Position numbers and translations under genes: made by a program. A stretch of 64,000 bases of DNA from an uncultured Leptospirales bacterium. Lineage in GTDB: Bacteria > Spirochaetota > UBA4802 > UBA5550. Below the pieces are notes generated by a model, which did not search any database, was not told where the DNA came from, and worked only from the letters and a program-made list of their open reading frames with translations. Positions 1-10,280 of this stretch are shown here, one piece after another; position 1 is the stretch's first letter; every line of letters begins with the position of its first letter. The stretch spans positions 2,957 through 66,956 of the forward strand of contig CAZYBU010000008.1 in assembly GCA_964645775.1 (NCBI GenBank). The letters are read 5' to 3'.

Positions 1-2
1 AA

Positions 3-197
3 TACCTTACCGATAACTATCGCCAACTCAGATGGGAAGTACGGGGAGGCAAATACAGTATCGATTTTCTTGCCGGTACCGGCAGGCTCCGGCAGTCACT
101 GTTAGAAGACAAACCGTGGGACGAATTCCTGGAGAGCATTGAAAATAAGGTAAAGGAATATGACAGAAGGGCGGAGCGCTACAGGGTCTATCCCTGA
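3..197 (+). CDS. 3' end of an unidentified gene (partial, continues upstream of window)
   Basis: Open frame from window edge to TGA at 195-197 (..ENKVKEYDRRAERYRVYP*). Convergent with the minus-strand gene ending at 204. No recognisable domain. Confidence 0.3.
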   Translation, partial: YLTDNYRQLRWEVRGGKYSIDFLAGTGRLRQSLLEDKPWDEFLESIENKVKEYDRRAERYRVYP

Positions 198-203
198 TAG
201 AGA

Positions 204-2639
204 TCACATCTTAAGAAAATCCATGTACTTCCGGATCTCCTCCGGATAATTTCCATTTTCGTCCTGGTACTTCTTAAATTTTCGTTCATAGGCCGTGTAG
301 TTACGTGCGCTTATGTTCTTAAAGCGCGTCGCTATCTGGGTATAGGCCGGCATCTGTTCAAGCTGTTCCCTGACCTCTTTTCTAAAGGGAACATTCTTGA
401 AAAAGATTTCCCTGGCAACCGTGTTCATCTTCATGATACCGTCTTTTTCATAGAAAAGCCAGGTTATGTAATCATCGGCGAAACGATCCCTGTTGGTCCG
501 CAGGCTCTTGAATCGCTGCTTGATCCGTTCCTTGGCTTCCTGGGAGAGACGGGAGTTCTTCTTGTAGGTATTTACGTAATCGAAGTATTCGCCCGTAACG
601 CCTCCCTCGATAGGGTCGGCCCACATTCCCCCTTTCATAGTCCGATTCAACTCCCATCTGAATGAGGCTATCGCTTCCGCCAGGCTCTTCTTCAAATCGC
701 CCATGAAGAAGATCGGGACAAATATCCTTCCCCGGCTCCTTTTATTGGTACCTATCAGTTCCTGCCACATAAATGTCTTCGTACCAAATATGGGAAGCAG
801 GATAAAATAAGGAATGACCTCTTCCTGGATAATTTCACGGGCGTCCCCCATCTTAAGAACGGTCTCCCTGTAAAAAGCGGAATAATCGAGTTCAATGATC
901 TCATTTACGGTTTCTGAGAGATTCCGTTTCGATATGTAAAAGTTGTTCAGCGATCCCTTCATGTTATAGGAATTGAGGATAGGGAAAGCCGTGGCCGTTG
1001 ATCCGGAACAGAGGGCTGCAACGCTTGTCAGCCTCTGGTTTACTTCGAACATGACCTTATCCATGGGATCGCTGGTGTCGCTGCTTACCTTTCCCCGGTT
1101 ATGCTTTTCCTGTTCCCTGAGATACTGCTCGTAATTCTGCCCCATCTCAGTAATACTGGGCTCTTCCTCCCGCATATAGATCTTATCAAGAAATTCCAAC
1201 TCGGTAATGACCCAATCATAGGGAACATGTTCTTTCTGCCGCGCCAGCTCATTCAGTTCGACAAGCTGGTCCTCATCAAGCAACTCATCGTCAAGAAAAC
1301 CGTAGTTCATCATCAGGCGAACAACACGGGGTACCGTGGATTCGCTCTTACTCCTTACGTAGGTCTGCTTAAAAATTTCCCAGTAGCTTTTACTTATCTG
1401 CCTGCGAACCTTCCTGGACTCGGAATCGGTGTTAAAAGGATTCTCCATCTCCTTAAAATCATTAAGCAGCTTGACCATCTTCTTCTGCTCTTCCTTGTCA
1501 ATAAGGGCAAACTCGAAGATCTGACCCATGGCCTTTTTCAGCTGGCTCTGGGAACTGCTTCCTGCCGCTTTCGCGGCTTCAACGGAGGCCTGTCTCTCCT
1601 GTTGTGTGTCCAGTTGTTCCTTATCATGTATGCTTCTTAGCTGAGCCACTCCCGGGTATACCTTCTCAAGACTTTTCCCGAAGAGCTCTCTGTGAAAGGA
1701 ATCTATCTTATCAACCACAGCAAGAAGATTCTTCAGAAAATCTGCGGAGAGCCGGCCACTCCCCATCCATTCATCATATCCCCTCATGTCGACAAGGTAC
1801 TGGCTCCAGCTCGCTTCGCTTCCAAACATTCTCTCAAGGATCGTTTCAACTTCATCCTGGAACGCGATCATCCGTTCGTAAATACCGTACAGGTCATCTG
1901 TCATCGAATCGTAGGCGTTCAGCGCTATCTCAGGACTCCCTTTTAGGACGTGCTTTAGTATCTCCGGATTCAGTTTCAGTAATCCGCGAACAACACTCAG
2001 AAATTTCAGGTTAGTGGCCGGCCCGGAAAAAGCATCGGAAAGATCATAATCCCTGTTAAGGAGATTGGAGTTATCCGCGATAACGAAATTTATGTCTATA
2101 CTGGAGGGAAACGCTCCCCCTTTTTCACGGAAGGTTTCGTGAAGCCGCGTGGCCTCTTCATCCAGGTTGCCGGCAGCGTTACTAAGAGACAGCTCCCGAT
2201 AGATAAGGTGCAGATTATCATTAACACGGGCGGTATGCTGGTAAAGTTTGATAGTTCTGTTAAGGTCCGTTATTGCCTGATTAATGCGGCTAAATATATT
2301 TTTAAGCAGGGTAGCGGTCTGAGAAATGTCGGCCACGACGATCCCTTTAAGACCTCCCTTTCTCAGGGGATATTTAACAACCTGCGCCGTTTCAAGAGCG
2401 CGGAGAGATACCTTTCTCGGTTCCGTGAAAAGACGGGTAAAACCGGCAAGAACGCTTTTACCCTTTATGATTCCGACCCTGCGACTCCGTGAGATAATGA
2501 TCGTTGGGTCCATACCTTCAAATTCATCGGGGGCGATGAGTATCTCCAGGGTCCCGGAATGCAAAAGATAGAGGCCGTCCGGTTGCGTTCCCTGTGAATA
2601 GAGGAGCTGGCCTGCCTTTAATTGACGGGATTCTGCCAT
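204..2639 (-). CDS. large cyclic-nucleotide-binding-domain protein, C-terminal ~650 aa of unknown function
   Basis: 811-aa ORF with ATG start and AAGGAA SD. N-terminus has a CAP/cNMP-binding-like signature (GQLLYSQGTQPDGLYLLHSGTLEIL). Rest unrecognised. Start lies 3 nt after the HNH gene stop. Confidence 0.7.
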   Translation of the reverse strand: MAESRQLKAGQLLYSQGTQPDGLYLLHSGTLEILIAPDEFEGMDPTIIISRSRRVGIIKGKSVLAGFTRLFTEPRKVSLRALETAQVVKYPLRKGGLKGIVVADISQTATLLKNIFSRINQAITDLNRTIKLYQHTARVNDNLHLIYRELSLSNAAGNLDEEATRLHETFREKGGAFPSSIDINFVIADNSNLLNRDYDLSDAFSGPATNLKFLSVVRGLLKLNPEILKHVLKGSPEIALNAYDSMTDDLYGIYERMIAFQDEVETILERMFGSEASWSQYLVDMRGYDEWMGSGRLSADFLKNLLAVVDKIDSFHRELFGKSLEKVYPGVAQLRSIHDKEQLDTQQERQASVEAAKAAGSSSQSQLKKAMGQIFEFALIDKEEQKKMVKLLNDFKEMENPFNTDSESRKVRRQISKSYWEIFKQTYVRSKSESTVPRVVRLMMNYGFLDDELLDEDQLVELNELARQKEHVPYDWVITELEFLDKIYMREEEPSITEMGQNYEQYLREQEKHNRGKVSSDTSDPMDKVMFEVNQRLTSVAALCSGSTATAFPILNSYNMKGSLNNFYISKRNLSETVNEIIELDYSAFYRETVLKMGDAREIIQEEVIPYFILLPIFGTKTFMWQELIGTNKRSRGRIFVPIFFMGDLKKSLAEAIASFRWELNRTMKGGMWADPIEGGVTGEYFDYVNTYKKNSRLSQEAKERIKQRFKSLRTNRDRFADDYITWLFYEKDGIMKMNTVAREIFFKNVPFRKEVREQLEQMPAYTQIATRFKNISARNYTAYERKFKKYQDENGNYPEEIRKYMDFLKM

Positions 2640-2642
2640 CTA

Positions 2643-2990
2643 TCATTCCTTATCATTATCAGTATCCTTTTTCAGGCGCTCCAGGTGTTCGTCCCATTCA
2701 TGGGGCAGAAGGTATTTCTTCCTGTTATTGCATTCCTTACAGGCGGGCACCAGGTTCTCTCGATCAGAAGCCCCACCCCGGGAAAGGGGAATGCGGTGGT
2801 CCATGGTGAGCTCCGTGGGAGAAACCCTGCTTTTGCAATAAAAACATTCTCCCCGGGATATCTTTTTTCTCCACCAGGCCGTTTTCCTCAGGTCCCGGGC
2901 TTTTTGCTTTTCCCGACTGATACGACCTGACTCCCGGTCGAGTCCTCCTGAAATTTTTCGATATCCTTTACAAGATTTTCCTGATGCCAT
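2643..2990 (-). CDS. HNH endonuclease
   Basis: CFYCKSRVSPTELTMDHRIPLSRGG...LVPACKECNNRKK shows an HNH motif with zinc-finger cysteines. The ORF-track start at 3035 is a TTG. ATG at 2990 (MASGKSCKGYRK) has a GGAG SD and is preferred. Confidence 0.7.
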   Translation of the reverse strand: MASGKSCKGYRKISGGLDRESGRISREKQKARDLRKTAWWRKKISRGECFYCKSRVSPTELTMDHRIPLSRGGASDRENLVPACKECNNRKKYLLPHEWDEHLERLKKDTDNDKE

Positions 2991-3052
2991 TATATACTCC
3001 AAACTATGGCTACCGGAGTGGATTATCTTTGTCAACGATTAATGTCCGGATA

Positions 3053-3988
3053 TCATTCACCGAGCATCTCCCCTTCTGCCAGGCGCGCTCCATTTATAAA
3101 GGCCGGAACCTCCATCCGTCTCTTTCCCTGCTGCTGCAATTCGATTATTTCAAGATCATCATCTCCGGTTGCAGCCACAAGTCTGCCCTTTTCCTCAGGA
3201 TAAAGTGTTCCCGGTTCCGTTCCGGAGCGCCCCCCCGCGCACGGTCCTGTTTTCCATATCTTCAGGGTCTGACCCCGGAAAAGGGTCCAGGCGCCCGGCG
3301 CAGGATTACATCCCCGGACCAGGTTATGAATGTCCCGGGCGGGCCGGGTCCAGTCAATCTTTGCCAGGTCCGTGGAGAGCTTGCCGCAGTACGTTGCCCT
3401 GGATTCGTCCTGAGGTTCAGGAGTAAAACCGGGATCCCGGATTCTCTCCAGGGAAAGATCGAGCAGTTCTCCTCCGAGGGGCAGGACCTTTTCGTATAAT
3501 TCACCGGCCGTTATTTTATCATCAAGGGGGATCTTTTCCCGGGCAACGATGTCCCCGGCATCCATCCGTTCATTGATCTTCTGCACGGTCACCCCGGTCA
3601 CCTTCTCGCCGTTTATGAGCACCCAGGGAATGGGAGCTGCGCCTCTATAAGCCGGAAGAAGGGAAGGATGAAGATTCAGGGTCCCGAGAGGCGGTAGATT
3701 AAAAATTGAAGGCGGTATGATTTTTCCATAGGCGACCACAACACAGGCCTCAGCGCCGGAACCGGCCAGTGTGGCCTGAAACTCCGGGTCTTTCAGGTCG
3801 GCAGGATGGAACACCTGTATGCCGAGATCGCGTGCCGCCTCCTTCGCGGCACAGGGCCTGGTCGACCGGCCGCGCCCCGCCGGTCTGTCTTCAGGTGTCA
3901 CGGCAAAAAGAATGTCATGCCCTTTTTCATGAAGATATCGAAGATTCCACGCCGCGATGTGCGGAGTACCGAAAAAACCGATCCGCAT
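3053..3988 (-). CDS. fmt: methionyl-tRNA formyltransferase
   Basis: MRIGFFGTP N-terminus and formyltransferase core. Stop of def abuts the start (classic def-fmt arrangement). Confidence 0.9.
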   Translation of the reverse strand: MRIGFFGTPHIAAWNLRYLHEKGHDILFAVTPEDRPAGRGRSTRPCAAKEAARDLGIQVFHPADLKDPEFQATLAGSGAEACVVVAYGKIIPPSIFNLPPLGTLNLHPSLLPAYRGAAPIPWVLINGEKVTGVTVQKINERMDAGDIVAREKIPLDDKITAGELYEKVLPLGGELLDLSLERIRDPGFTPEPQDESRATYCGKLSTDLAKIDWTRPARDIHNLVRGCNPAPGAWTLFRGQTLKIWKTGPCAGGRSGTEPGTLYPEEKGRLVAATGDDDLEIIELQQQGKRRMEVPAFINGARLAEGEMLGE

Positions 3989-3989
3989 T

Positions 3990-4499
3990 TTATTCCCGGT
4001 TCATTCGCTTGATCTTCTTGAGCTGAGGATTCAGCTCCCTGCGCATATAATCTTCAAGGTGATCGACAAAGACGACACCATTGAGATGGTCAATCTCGTG
4101 CTGAAGCACACGGGCGTACAAACCTCCAGCATCAAACTCGAGTTCGTTTCCGTCTACGGTCACCGCTCTGACATGGATCTCGGAGGGACGCACGATATCT
4201 TCCATGATTCCGGGAAGAGAGAGGCATCCTTCTTCATAGGGTTCCTCCTCTTCAGAAACTTTCGTAATCTCCGGGTTGATAAGCACCACAGGCTTCATGC
4301 CGTCGTATTCTTCAATATCTATGACGAGCATGCGGAGTCCCTCGTCAACCTGGGGCGCGGCCAGACCGATCCCACGGGAACCGTACATGACGTTAAACAT
4401 CTCATCAGAAAGCTGTTTAATCTGGCCATTTATATCCTGTATGGGTTTTGCAACCCGCTTAAGGGTTTCATTTCCATAATATACAAGCTGATGTGACAT
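3990..4499 (-). CDS. def: peptide deformylase
   Basis: Motifs GIGLAAPQV, EGCLSLPG and HEIDHLNG. 169 aa. Confidence 0.9.
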   Translation of the reverse strand: MSHQLVYYGNETLKRVAKPIQDINGQIKQLSDEMFNVMYGSRGIGLAAPQVDEGLRMLVIDIEEYDGMKPVVLINPEITKVSEEEEPYEEGCLSLPGIMEDIVRPSEIHVRAVTVDGNELEFDAGGLYARVLQHEIDHLNGVVFVDHLEDYMRRELNPQLKKIKRMNRE

Positions 4500-4824
4500 G
4501 GCGTAATTCCTCTGTCCCCTTGTCTGGAGTGCCTATCTTTTCGAGCAGGACCCCCATCTGTCAATGGAAAATCGGCTCTTATCATGATTCACGAATCATC
4601 GGGGAAAGGTTCCTTCTCTCCACCTGTGAAACCTTTGAAAGAAAAATTCCGATCTCAGCACTTGTTCCCTGTCTTTATTCTCTGGTATAACTCTATTATT
4701 TTCACCACCTTTGACGGCAGGGAGAATAATTCTTTATTGTTCGCACGTAAAAGCATCTTCAGGTATAATTACTGATTTAACGCGTAATCGGGAAATAATA
4801 ATTTATTCATGTTACTGATTTTAA

Positions 4825-4853
4825 TTGACAGATATCAGGGGTATTGCTACATG
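4825..4853 (+). promoter_or_regulatory. putative sigma70-type promoter for tRNA-Asp
   Basis: Perfect TTGACA at 4825-4830. 17-nt spacer, then weak -10 TACATG about 18 nt before tRNA 5' end. Confidence 0.3.
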
Positions 4854-4870
4854 GATATCGCTTCACTAAT

Positions 4871-4945
4871 GGGGTGTTAGCTCAGTTTGGTTAGAGTACC
4901 TGCCTGTCACGCAGGGGGTCGCGAGTTCGAGTCTCGTACACCCCG
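4871..4945 (+). tRNA. tRNA-Asp (anticodon GTC)
   Basis: Cloverleaf read by eye. Acceptor GGGGTGT/ACACCCC, anticodon stem CCTGC/GCAGG with loop CTGTCAC, T-arm GCGAG-TTCGAGT-CTCGT. No encoded CCA. Confidence 0.85.
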
Positions 4946-4952
4946 CATCCAG

Positions 4953-4984
4953 GGGCCTGCAAGAATCTTTGCAGGCCTTTTTGC
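4953..4984 (+). terminator. rho-independent terminator after tRNA-Asp
   Basis: GGCCTGCAA-gaatct-TTGCAGGCC hairpin followed by TTTTTG. Confidence 0.6.
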
Positions 4985-5112
4985 TGTCATTATACATCCA
5001 GTTTTTTCAAGAAATCAGCGACGTTGATTATCGCTATTATTGTATCCCCCCAAAATTATTTCAGAGAAAGAATCCAGTTGACAGAACGCGTTGAAACCTG
5101 TAACTGAAGCTT

Positions 5113-5799
5113 ATGGGAGAGAACGAAGCAAGAAAAGAAAAACGGGCCCCCCTTCCTACAGCGCTGATGGGCGCTTTGCTCCTCTTTATCCTCTCTGGTA
5201 TCATACTTGCCATACTTATTCTTGCCGGTTCAGAGAGGGCTCTCGTATATCTGGAAGACTCGAGCATACGTTACGCAGAATCATTCACCGTCATGGGAGG
5301 CCAACTGGCGGGCCGTTTAGACGGCAGAGAATACAGGGACCGCGCAAAGGCCCTGAAAGGGGAAGAACGGACGTTATCCTTGAAATTTTTCTCCCTTGAA
5401 AAAATCACCCGGATCGAGATAATCCATCCTGCCGACAAAAAAGAAGAAGAGAAAGATATTGATGTACCCGCACATTTCCTGGGGACCTGGAAAGTAAAGA
5501 CCTCGGGCCACGCCGGGTACCTCTATCTCTGGAAGAAAGAAGGAAGAGTCCGCGGTTCCATTAAATTCCCCGGCTGGGCCAGGGGAGTGGCCGAACCCCT
5601 TAAGGGACTGTCCATCAAAAACAATTCAATCTACTTTGTTCGTTCCGCCACTTCCTCCGCCGAACTGAGAAGGCTCGGTGCCAGCTCATACTTTGTCCAG
5701 AAATACTACGGAAACTATCTTCAGGGCGGCAGAATCATCAAGGGATACTACATCTCAAACGGTGTGCGTAATGTCTGGAGAGCTGAAAAGGTACGCTAG
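5113..5799 (+). CDS. hypothetical membrane-anchored protein
   Basis: 228 aa. N-terminal hydrophobic helix (LMGALLLFILSGIILAILILAG). No recognisable catalytic motifs. Confidence 0.5.
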   Translation: MGENEARKEKRAPLPTALMGALLLFILSGIILAILILAGSERALVYLEDSSIRYAESFTVMGGQLAGRLDGREYRDRAKALKGEERTLSLKFFSLEKITRIEIIHPADKKEEEKDIDVPAHFLGTWKVKTSGHAGYLYLWKKEGRVRGSIKFPGWARGVAEPLKGLSIKNNSIYFVRSATSSAELRRLGASSYFVQKYYGNYLQGGRIIKGYYISNGVRNVWRAEKVR

Positions 5800-5928
5800 T
5801 GCTACCAGATTTCTCCGTTTGTCATAAAAATTTACAACAAACAGTTGTTTTATCTTTTTTTTATTATTTATTCGTAGTCAGAGGATTGCTTCATCCTCAT
5901 AATGTAACCGATAAAAGCAGGTGCTGAA

Positions 5929-7530
5929 ATGATACATACGCTGGAAAGATACTTCCTGTCGCGGCTGGATGAAAAGAACATCGGAATCTACCTGAAAGCC
6001 AGGACCTTCATGTTCTTCAGTCTCATCATCAGTATGGTAATTTTTACACTTTTCATCGCCCTGAACGTCATTGTTCAGCGAGAATTCTTTTCCACTCTAA
6101 ATATTATGCTTTTTGTAATATTCAGTGTCTCCCTTGGAAGCCTCGTGGCCCTTAAGGCGGGCAAATATTACATGGCGGTATTACTTATCCTTATCCCATC
6201 CATGGGAGGATACGCCCTCTATATGTTCTCCGGAAATTTCGTCTATGATGAAGCGGTCATCTTCTCTCCCTATCATCTGATGATATTCATCCTTTTCAGC
6301 GCCCTCTTCGCCAACTGGCAGATAACCCTGACTGTGACGACCCTTGCCATAGGAACAAGTATTTCCAGCATCGTCACATCGGACCGGATCAATCCCGATA
6401 TCATCCCGGTTACCCTTATCAACATGACTTTTGGCATGATAGTTATCGGTATAATCTCCATCCTGATACACAGGATCAATGAACGGGCCAGGCGGCGCCT
6501 CGAGGAGGAGCTGGAGAACCGGAAAGAATATGAACGCACCCTGCAGTTTATCGATTCCATCGAGAGCATATCGGAGCGACTCAGGGACTCTTCCCAGGCC
6601 ATGAGTGACACATCTGCCAACTTTTCGGAAAATGCCCAGAACCAGGCCGCCTCCACGGAGGAGGTGTCCGCCACGGTAGAAGAGATCTCCGCCGTGTCAG
6701 AGCGTGTAGATAACAGCACCTCTCTGCAGAAGACAACCATTCGGGATCTGGTGAGCCGCCTTCAGCAACTGAAGGATACCACATCGGAGATGAAGGACCG
6801 GGTAGAGAGCTCCCTCAGTCGGTCAAACGAAGTCTCGGAGATAACCCGGCAGGGATCGGCATCCATGGAAGAGATGAACGGCCGGATGAAATCCATAAGT
6901 GACCGTTCAGATGAGATGACGGGTATTATCTCGATAATAAATGACATATCGGATCAGATAAACCTTCTTTCCCTGAACGCCTCCATTGAGGCAGCCCGGG
7001 CCGGGGAACAGGGTAGAGGTTTCGCGGTTGTTGCCGACGAGATATCAAAACTGGCGGACCAGACATCCACGAGCGTTCGAAGCATCGCGGACCTGATCAA
7101 AGCCTCGGAGGAGGAGGTCACCTCCGGGAACAGGATCGTGCGGGAGAGCGTGGAGGCTAACCGGAACATTCTTGCCGGAGTCCAGGAGATTGGGCAGGAG
7201 GTGGAATCCCTGGCCAGGACCATGCAGAGTCAGGACGAAGTAACCGTGGAGGTCATCCGTCTGGGTCAGGATGTCAATGTCCGTTCAGAGGAGATAAGCA
7301 CGGCAACAGGCGAGCAGAAGAACGCGGCCCAGGAGATCGTTCGAACCGTTTCCGACATAAGTGAGCTGACACAGGAGAATGCCTCGGGTGCGGAACAGAT
7401 GGCCGGAAGCGCGGAAAGCCTGGCAACCATTGCCGCGGACCTGGACCATCGCCTGGATGAGTTCCAGAATGGCCTGAAAGAACGCCAGGGAGAAGCGGAG
7501 AAAGAAACTGAGAAAGAGGAACAGGCCTGA
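5929..7530 (+). CDS. methyl-accepting chemotaxis protein
   Basis: About 6 N-terminal TM helices. MCP signalling-domain core [42 protein letters not shown]. Confidence 0.85.
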   Translation: MIHTLERYFLSRLDEKNIGIYLKARTFMFFSLIISMVIFTLFIALNVIVQREFFSTLNIMLFVIFSVSLGSLVALKAGKYYMAVLLILIPSMGGYALYMFSGNFVYDEAVIFSPYHLMIFILFSALFANWQITLTVTTLAIGTSISSIVTSDRINPDIIPVTLINMTFGMIVIGIISILIHRINERARRRLEEELENRKEYERTLQFIDSIESISERLRDSSQAMSDTSANFSENAQNQAASTEEVSATVEEISAVSERVDNSTSLQKTTIRDLVSRLQQLKDTTSEMKDRVESSLSRSNEVSEITRQGSASMEEMNGRMKSISDRSDEMTGIISIINDISDQINLLSLNASIEAARAGEQGRGFAVVADEISKLADQTSTSVRSIADLIKASEEEVTSGNRIVRESVEANRNILAGVQEIGQEVESLARTMQSQDEVTVEVIRLGQDVNVRSEEISTATGEQKNAAQEIVRTVSDISELTQENASGAEQMAGSAESLATIAADLDHRLDEFQNGLKERQGEAEKETEKEEQA

Positions 7531-7536
7531 ATCAAT

Positions 7537-8133
7537 TCACTTTTTTATGCCATCCAGTATGGCCTGTTTTATCTGATTCGAAACATTTTCAAAATCAATC
7601 GTGCTTGTGCCAAATTCAGGATTATAAACAAACTGCCGGATAATGGAATCCACCGCCCCACCGAGAATATGGGCGCCGATCAAAGGGTCCACGTCACTCC
7701 GTATAACACCTCTCTCAACGCCTTCACTGATAACATCAGCCATCACGGTAAAGAACCTGTTGAAGAGACGCTGGCAGTCCTCCTCATAAAAGGTGGGAAG
7801 ACGGGGAACGTCCATAACCAGCACCTTCAGGAGATCCGGATCCTGCCTGTAAAAATGGATGATAATGTCAACGACATGTTCCAGCTTCCTTATGGGATCA
7901 TCCGATTCCTGGAACTTCTTCTCCATGGCCGTAAGGAGGTTCTGCCAGGAACGCTTGAATATCCGTATGAGTATCGCGTCCTTGCTCTCGAAATAATGAT
8001 AAAAGAGGCCATGGGCAATGTTTGCTTCCTTGACAATATCCGCGATTCGGGTATTATAGAAACCATTGCGGGCTATAGTGCGTACCGCGGCATGATATAT
8101 GATACGTTTTTTATCCAGAGTTTTCTTGTTCAT
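7537..8133 (-). CDS. TetR/AcrR-family transcriptional regulator
   Basis: N-terminal HTH (AAVRTIARNGFYNTRIADIVKEANIAHGLFYHYFESKDAIL). Divergent from the aldehyde:ferredoxin oxidoreductase gene. Paralogous to 39658..40278. Confidence 0.85.
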   Translation of the reverse strand: MNKKTLDKKRIIYHAAVRTIARNGFYNTRIADIVKEANIAHGLFYHYFESKDAILIRIFKRSWQNLLTAMEKKFQESDDPIRKLEHVVDIIIHFYRQDPDLLKVLVMDVPRLPTFYEEDCQRLFNRFFTVMADVISEGVERGVIRSDVDPLIGAHILGGAVDSIIRQFVYNPEFGTSTIDFENVSNQIKQAILDGIKK

Positions 8134-8252
8134 TGAATTTCACTTTCCAGAATATTCACATTCTGTTACCATAGAATGGCGAATGACTCTTTCGTCAATA
8201 GTAAAAAACAGTTGCTATTATCATGGGAAATTCGGATATTCAACAAACTGAT

Positions 8253-8266
8253 TGACTTATCAGTCA
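8253..8266. promoter_or_regulatory. candidate TetR operator (palindrome TGACTtatcAGTCA) in divergent promoter region
   Basis: Perfect 5-bp arms with 4-nt spacer in the 174-bp gap between TetR (7537..8133) and the aldehyde:ferredoxin oxidoreductase gene. Related to TTGA..TCAA palindromes at 17829 and 40321. A second palindrome CAGAATattcacATTCTG lies at about 8158-8175. Confidence 0.4.
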
Positions 8267-8307
8267 TTTATTACCTGATCTGAAACAGGTTAAATAGGAG
8301 GATTAGC

Positions 8308-10269
8308 ATGACTTCAGCATACAGCGGATACATGGGGAGAGTACTGGATATCGATCTAACCACCGGTAAAACCGGCGAATATCCGGTCACCGACAGGGAG
8401 AGGGAGCTTTTCCTGGGGGGGAAGTTCATGAGCACAAAGATCCTCCTGGATCAGACACCGGCCGGGATCGATCCCCTTTCAGAGGAGAACATCCTTATAA
8501 TCATGACCTCACCGCTCAACGGAACCGGGGCCCCATCCTCCAGCCGATATGATATTTCCGCCAAGAGTCCCCAGACCGGGGCGATCGGCCATTCCAACAG
8601 TGGCGGCAGCTTCGGGATCTTCCTGAAACGGGCCGGCTGGGACGGCGCCGTCATCCGGGGCAAGGCGAAAAAACCGGTCTATATCGAAATCACGGAAGAG
8701 AACGTGGAGATAATGGACGCAAAAAGTCTCTGGGGAAAGAATACCCGGGAAACCCAGGAAACCATGCTCGACGGCCGTAAAGGCGGCTCCATGGCCATAG
8801 GGATCGCCGGAGAGAACCTGGTCAAGTTCGCGTCCATCGTATCGGAAGAGAGAAGCCACGGCCGTACCGGCATGGGTGCCGTTATGGGTTCCAAGAACCT
8901 GAAGGGCATGATAGCCCTCGGTTCCAGGAAACCGGAAATCAGGCAGCCGGAAGCTTTTAAGAAGACAGTACGGAAATGGATCAAGGCCCTGCAGGCCCAT
9001 CCTGCAACGGGTGAATACTCTCCCAAATACGGGACAGCCTTTTTCCTCACGCCCCTTTCAAAAAACAACACCCTCCCCACGAAGAATTTCACATCCGGGA
9101 CCTTCGAAGGTTCCCACAAGATAAGCGGAGAGTACCTCGCCGAAAAGCACCTGTTAAAAAATTCCGGCTGCCTTTCATGCCCCATCCGCTGCGCCCGGGT
9201 TGTTGAACATGAAGGAAAAGAGATCAAAGGACCGGAATACGAGATTCTTTGCCTTATGGGCTCAAACATCATGAACGATGATATCGAGAAGATCATCCAG
9301 TGGAACTATGAACTTGATCTGCTCGGAATGGATTCCATTTCCACGGGCACCATCCTCGGTTTCGCCATGGAGCTTAACGAAAAGGGGATATGGAACAACG
9401 GCCTGGAATTCGGTAAGACGGATAACATTTCTGACATTCTTCAGAAAATGGCCCGAAGGGATGGGATGGGTAACGACCTGGCCGAAGGTGTCCGTTTCCT
9501 CTCGAAGAAGTACGGCGGGGCTGATTTCGCGCCCCATGCCAAGGGCCTGGAGATCGCCGGTTACTCTCCCAGGGGAACGGTTGGCCAGGGAATGGGGTAC
9601 GCTGTGTCACCCAGGGGCGCCTGCCACCTGGATGCGGGATACACGGTCTATTTCGAGGTGACCGGACCTGTTGTCCTTAACCAGTTCCATCAGAAATCGA
9701 AACCTCCCTACGTTGTCCTCGACCAGAACATGTTCGGCGCCATAAGCGCGGCCGGGAACTGTCTCTTTACCGGATGGCCCATCCTGCCCGGACCTCTCTA
9801 TAAGATTCCTGAACACCGGAAACTTTCTTCCATACTGAGCGCCACCCTTACCCATTCCAGCGGCCTGATCTCAGGCATGCTGAAACTCCCGCCCGGACTG
9901 CAGAAGTTCGACATGCCGGGCATTTCTCATACCCGGGCCCTTCGCGAGGCAACGGGAATGAAAATGGACTTCGGCCGCTTCATGGAGATAGGAGAAAGGG
10001 GTTACACCCTGGATCGCATCTACAACCTCAGGGAAGGAATCGACCGCTCCCAGGACACCCTGGCAAAACGATTCACGGATGAACCCCTCATTAAAAACGA
10101 GAAGAACTCCGTAGTCCGCCTCGATCAGCAGGTTCCCATATACTACAGCCTCCGGGGATGGGACAAAAACGGGATCCCCAAAGAGAAGACCCTCAGGAAA
10201 CTGGATCTCGATTTTATTGACTTGAAAGAGATCCTTTCTTCCCTGGAGAAAAACCGTAAGAGCGCCTGA
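8308..10269 (+). CDS. aldehyde:ferredoxin oxidoreductase (tungsten-containing AOR family)
   Basis: 653 aa. AOR N-terminal domain signature (GRVLDIDLTTGK...GGKFMSTKILLD...SPLNGTGAPSS) and AOR C-terminal domains. AGGAGG SD. Confidence 0.85.
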   Translation: MTSAYSGYMGRVLDIDLTTGKTGEYPVTDRERELFLGGKFMSTKILLDQTPAGIDPLSEENILIIMTSPLNGTGAPSSSRYDISAKSPQTGAIGHSNSGGSFGIFLKRAGWDGAVIRGKAKKPVYIEITEENVEIMDAKSLWGKNTRETQETMLDGRKGGSMAIGIAGENLVKFASIVSEERSHGRTGMGAVMGSKNLKGMIALGSRKPEIRQPEAFKKTVRKWIKALQAHPATGEYSPKYGTAFFLTPLSKNNTLPTKNFTSGTFEGSHKISGEYLAEKHLLKNSGCLSCPIRCARVVEHEGKEIKGPEYEILCLMGSNIMNDDIEKIIQWNYELDLLGMDSISTGTILGFAMELNEKGIWNNGLEFGKTDNISDILQKMARRDGMGNDLAEGVRFLSKKYGGADFAPHAKGLEIAGYSPRGTVGQGMGYAVSPRGACHLDAGYTVYFEVTGPVVLNQFHQKSKPPYVVLDQNMFGAISAAGNCLFTGWPILPGPLYKIPEHRKLSSILSATLTHSSGLISGMLKLPPGLQKFDMPGISHTRALREATGMKMDFGRFMEIGERGYTLDRIYNLREGIDRSQDTLAKRFTDEPLIKNEKNSVVRLDQQVPIYYSLRGWDKNGIPKEKTLRKLDLDFIDLKEILSSLEKNRKSA

Positions 10270-10280
10270 GGAGAGGCAGG

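Noticed and set aside
2643-3035. ORF-track start of the HNH gene at 3035 and several other 'M' starts (40278, 63991)
   Set aside because: These are TTG/GTG codons rendered as M by the ORF caller. ATG at 2990 with an SD is preferred for HNH. 63991 is internal to a gene that runs off the window. 40278 (GTG) is retained because no in-frame ATG with an SD is nearby.
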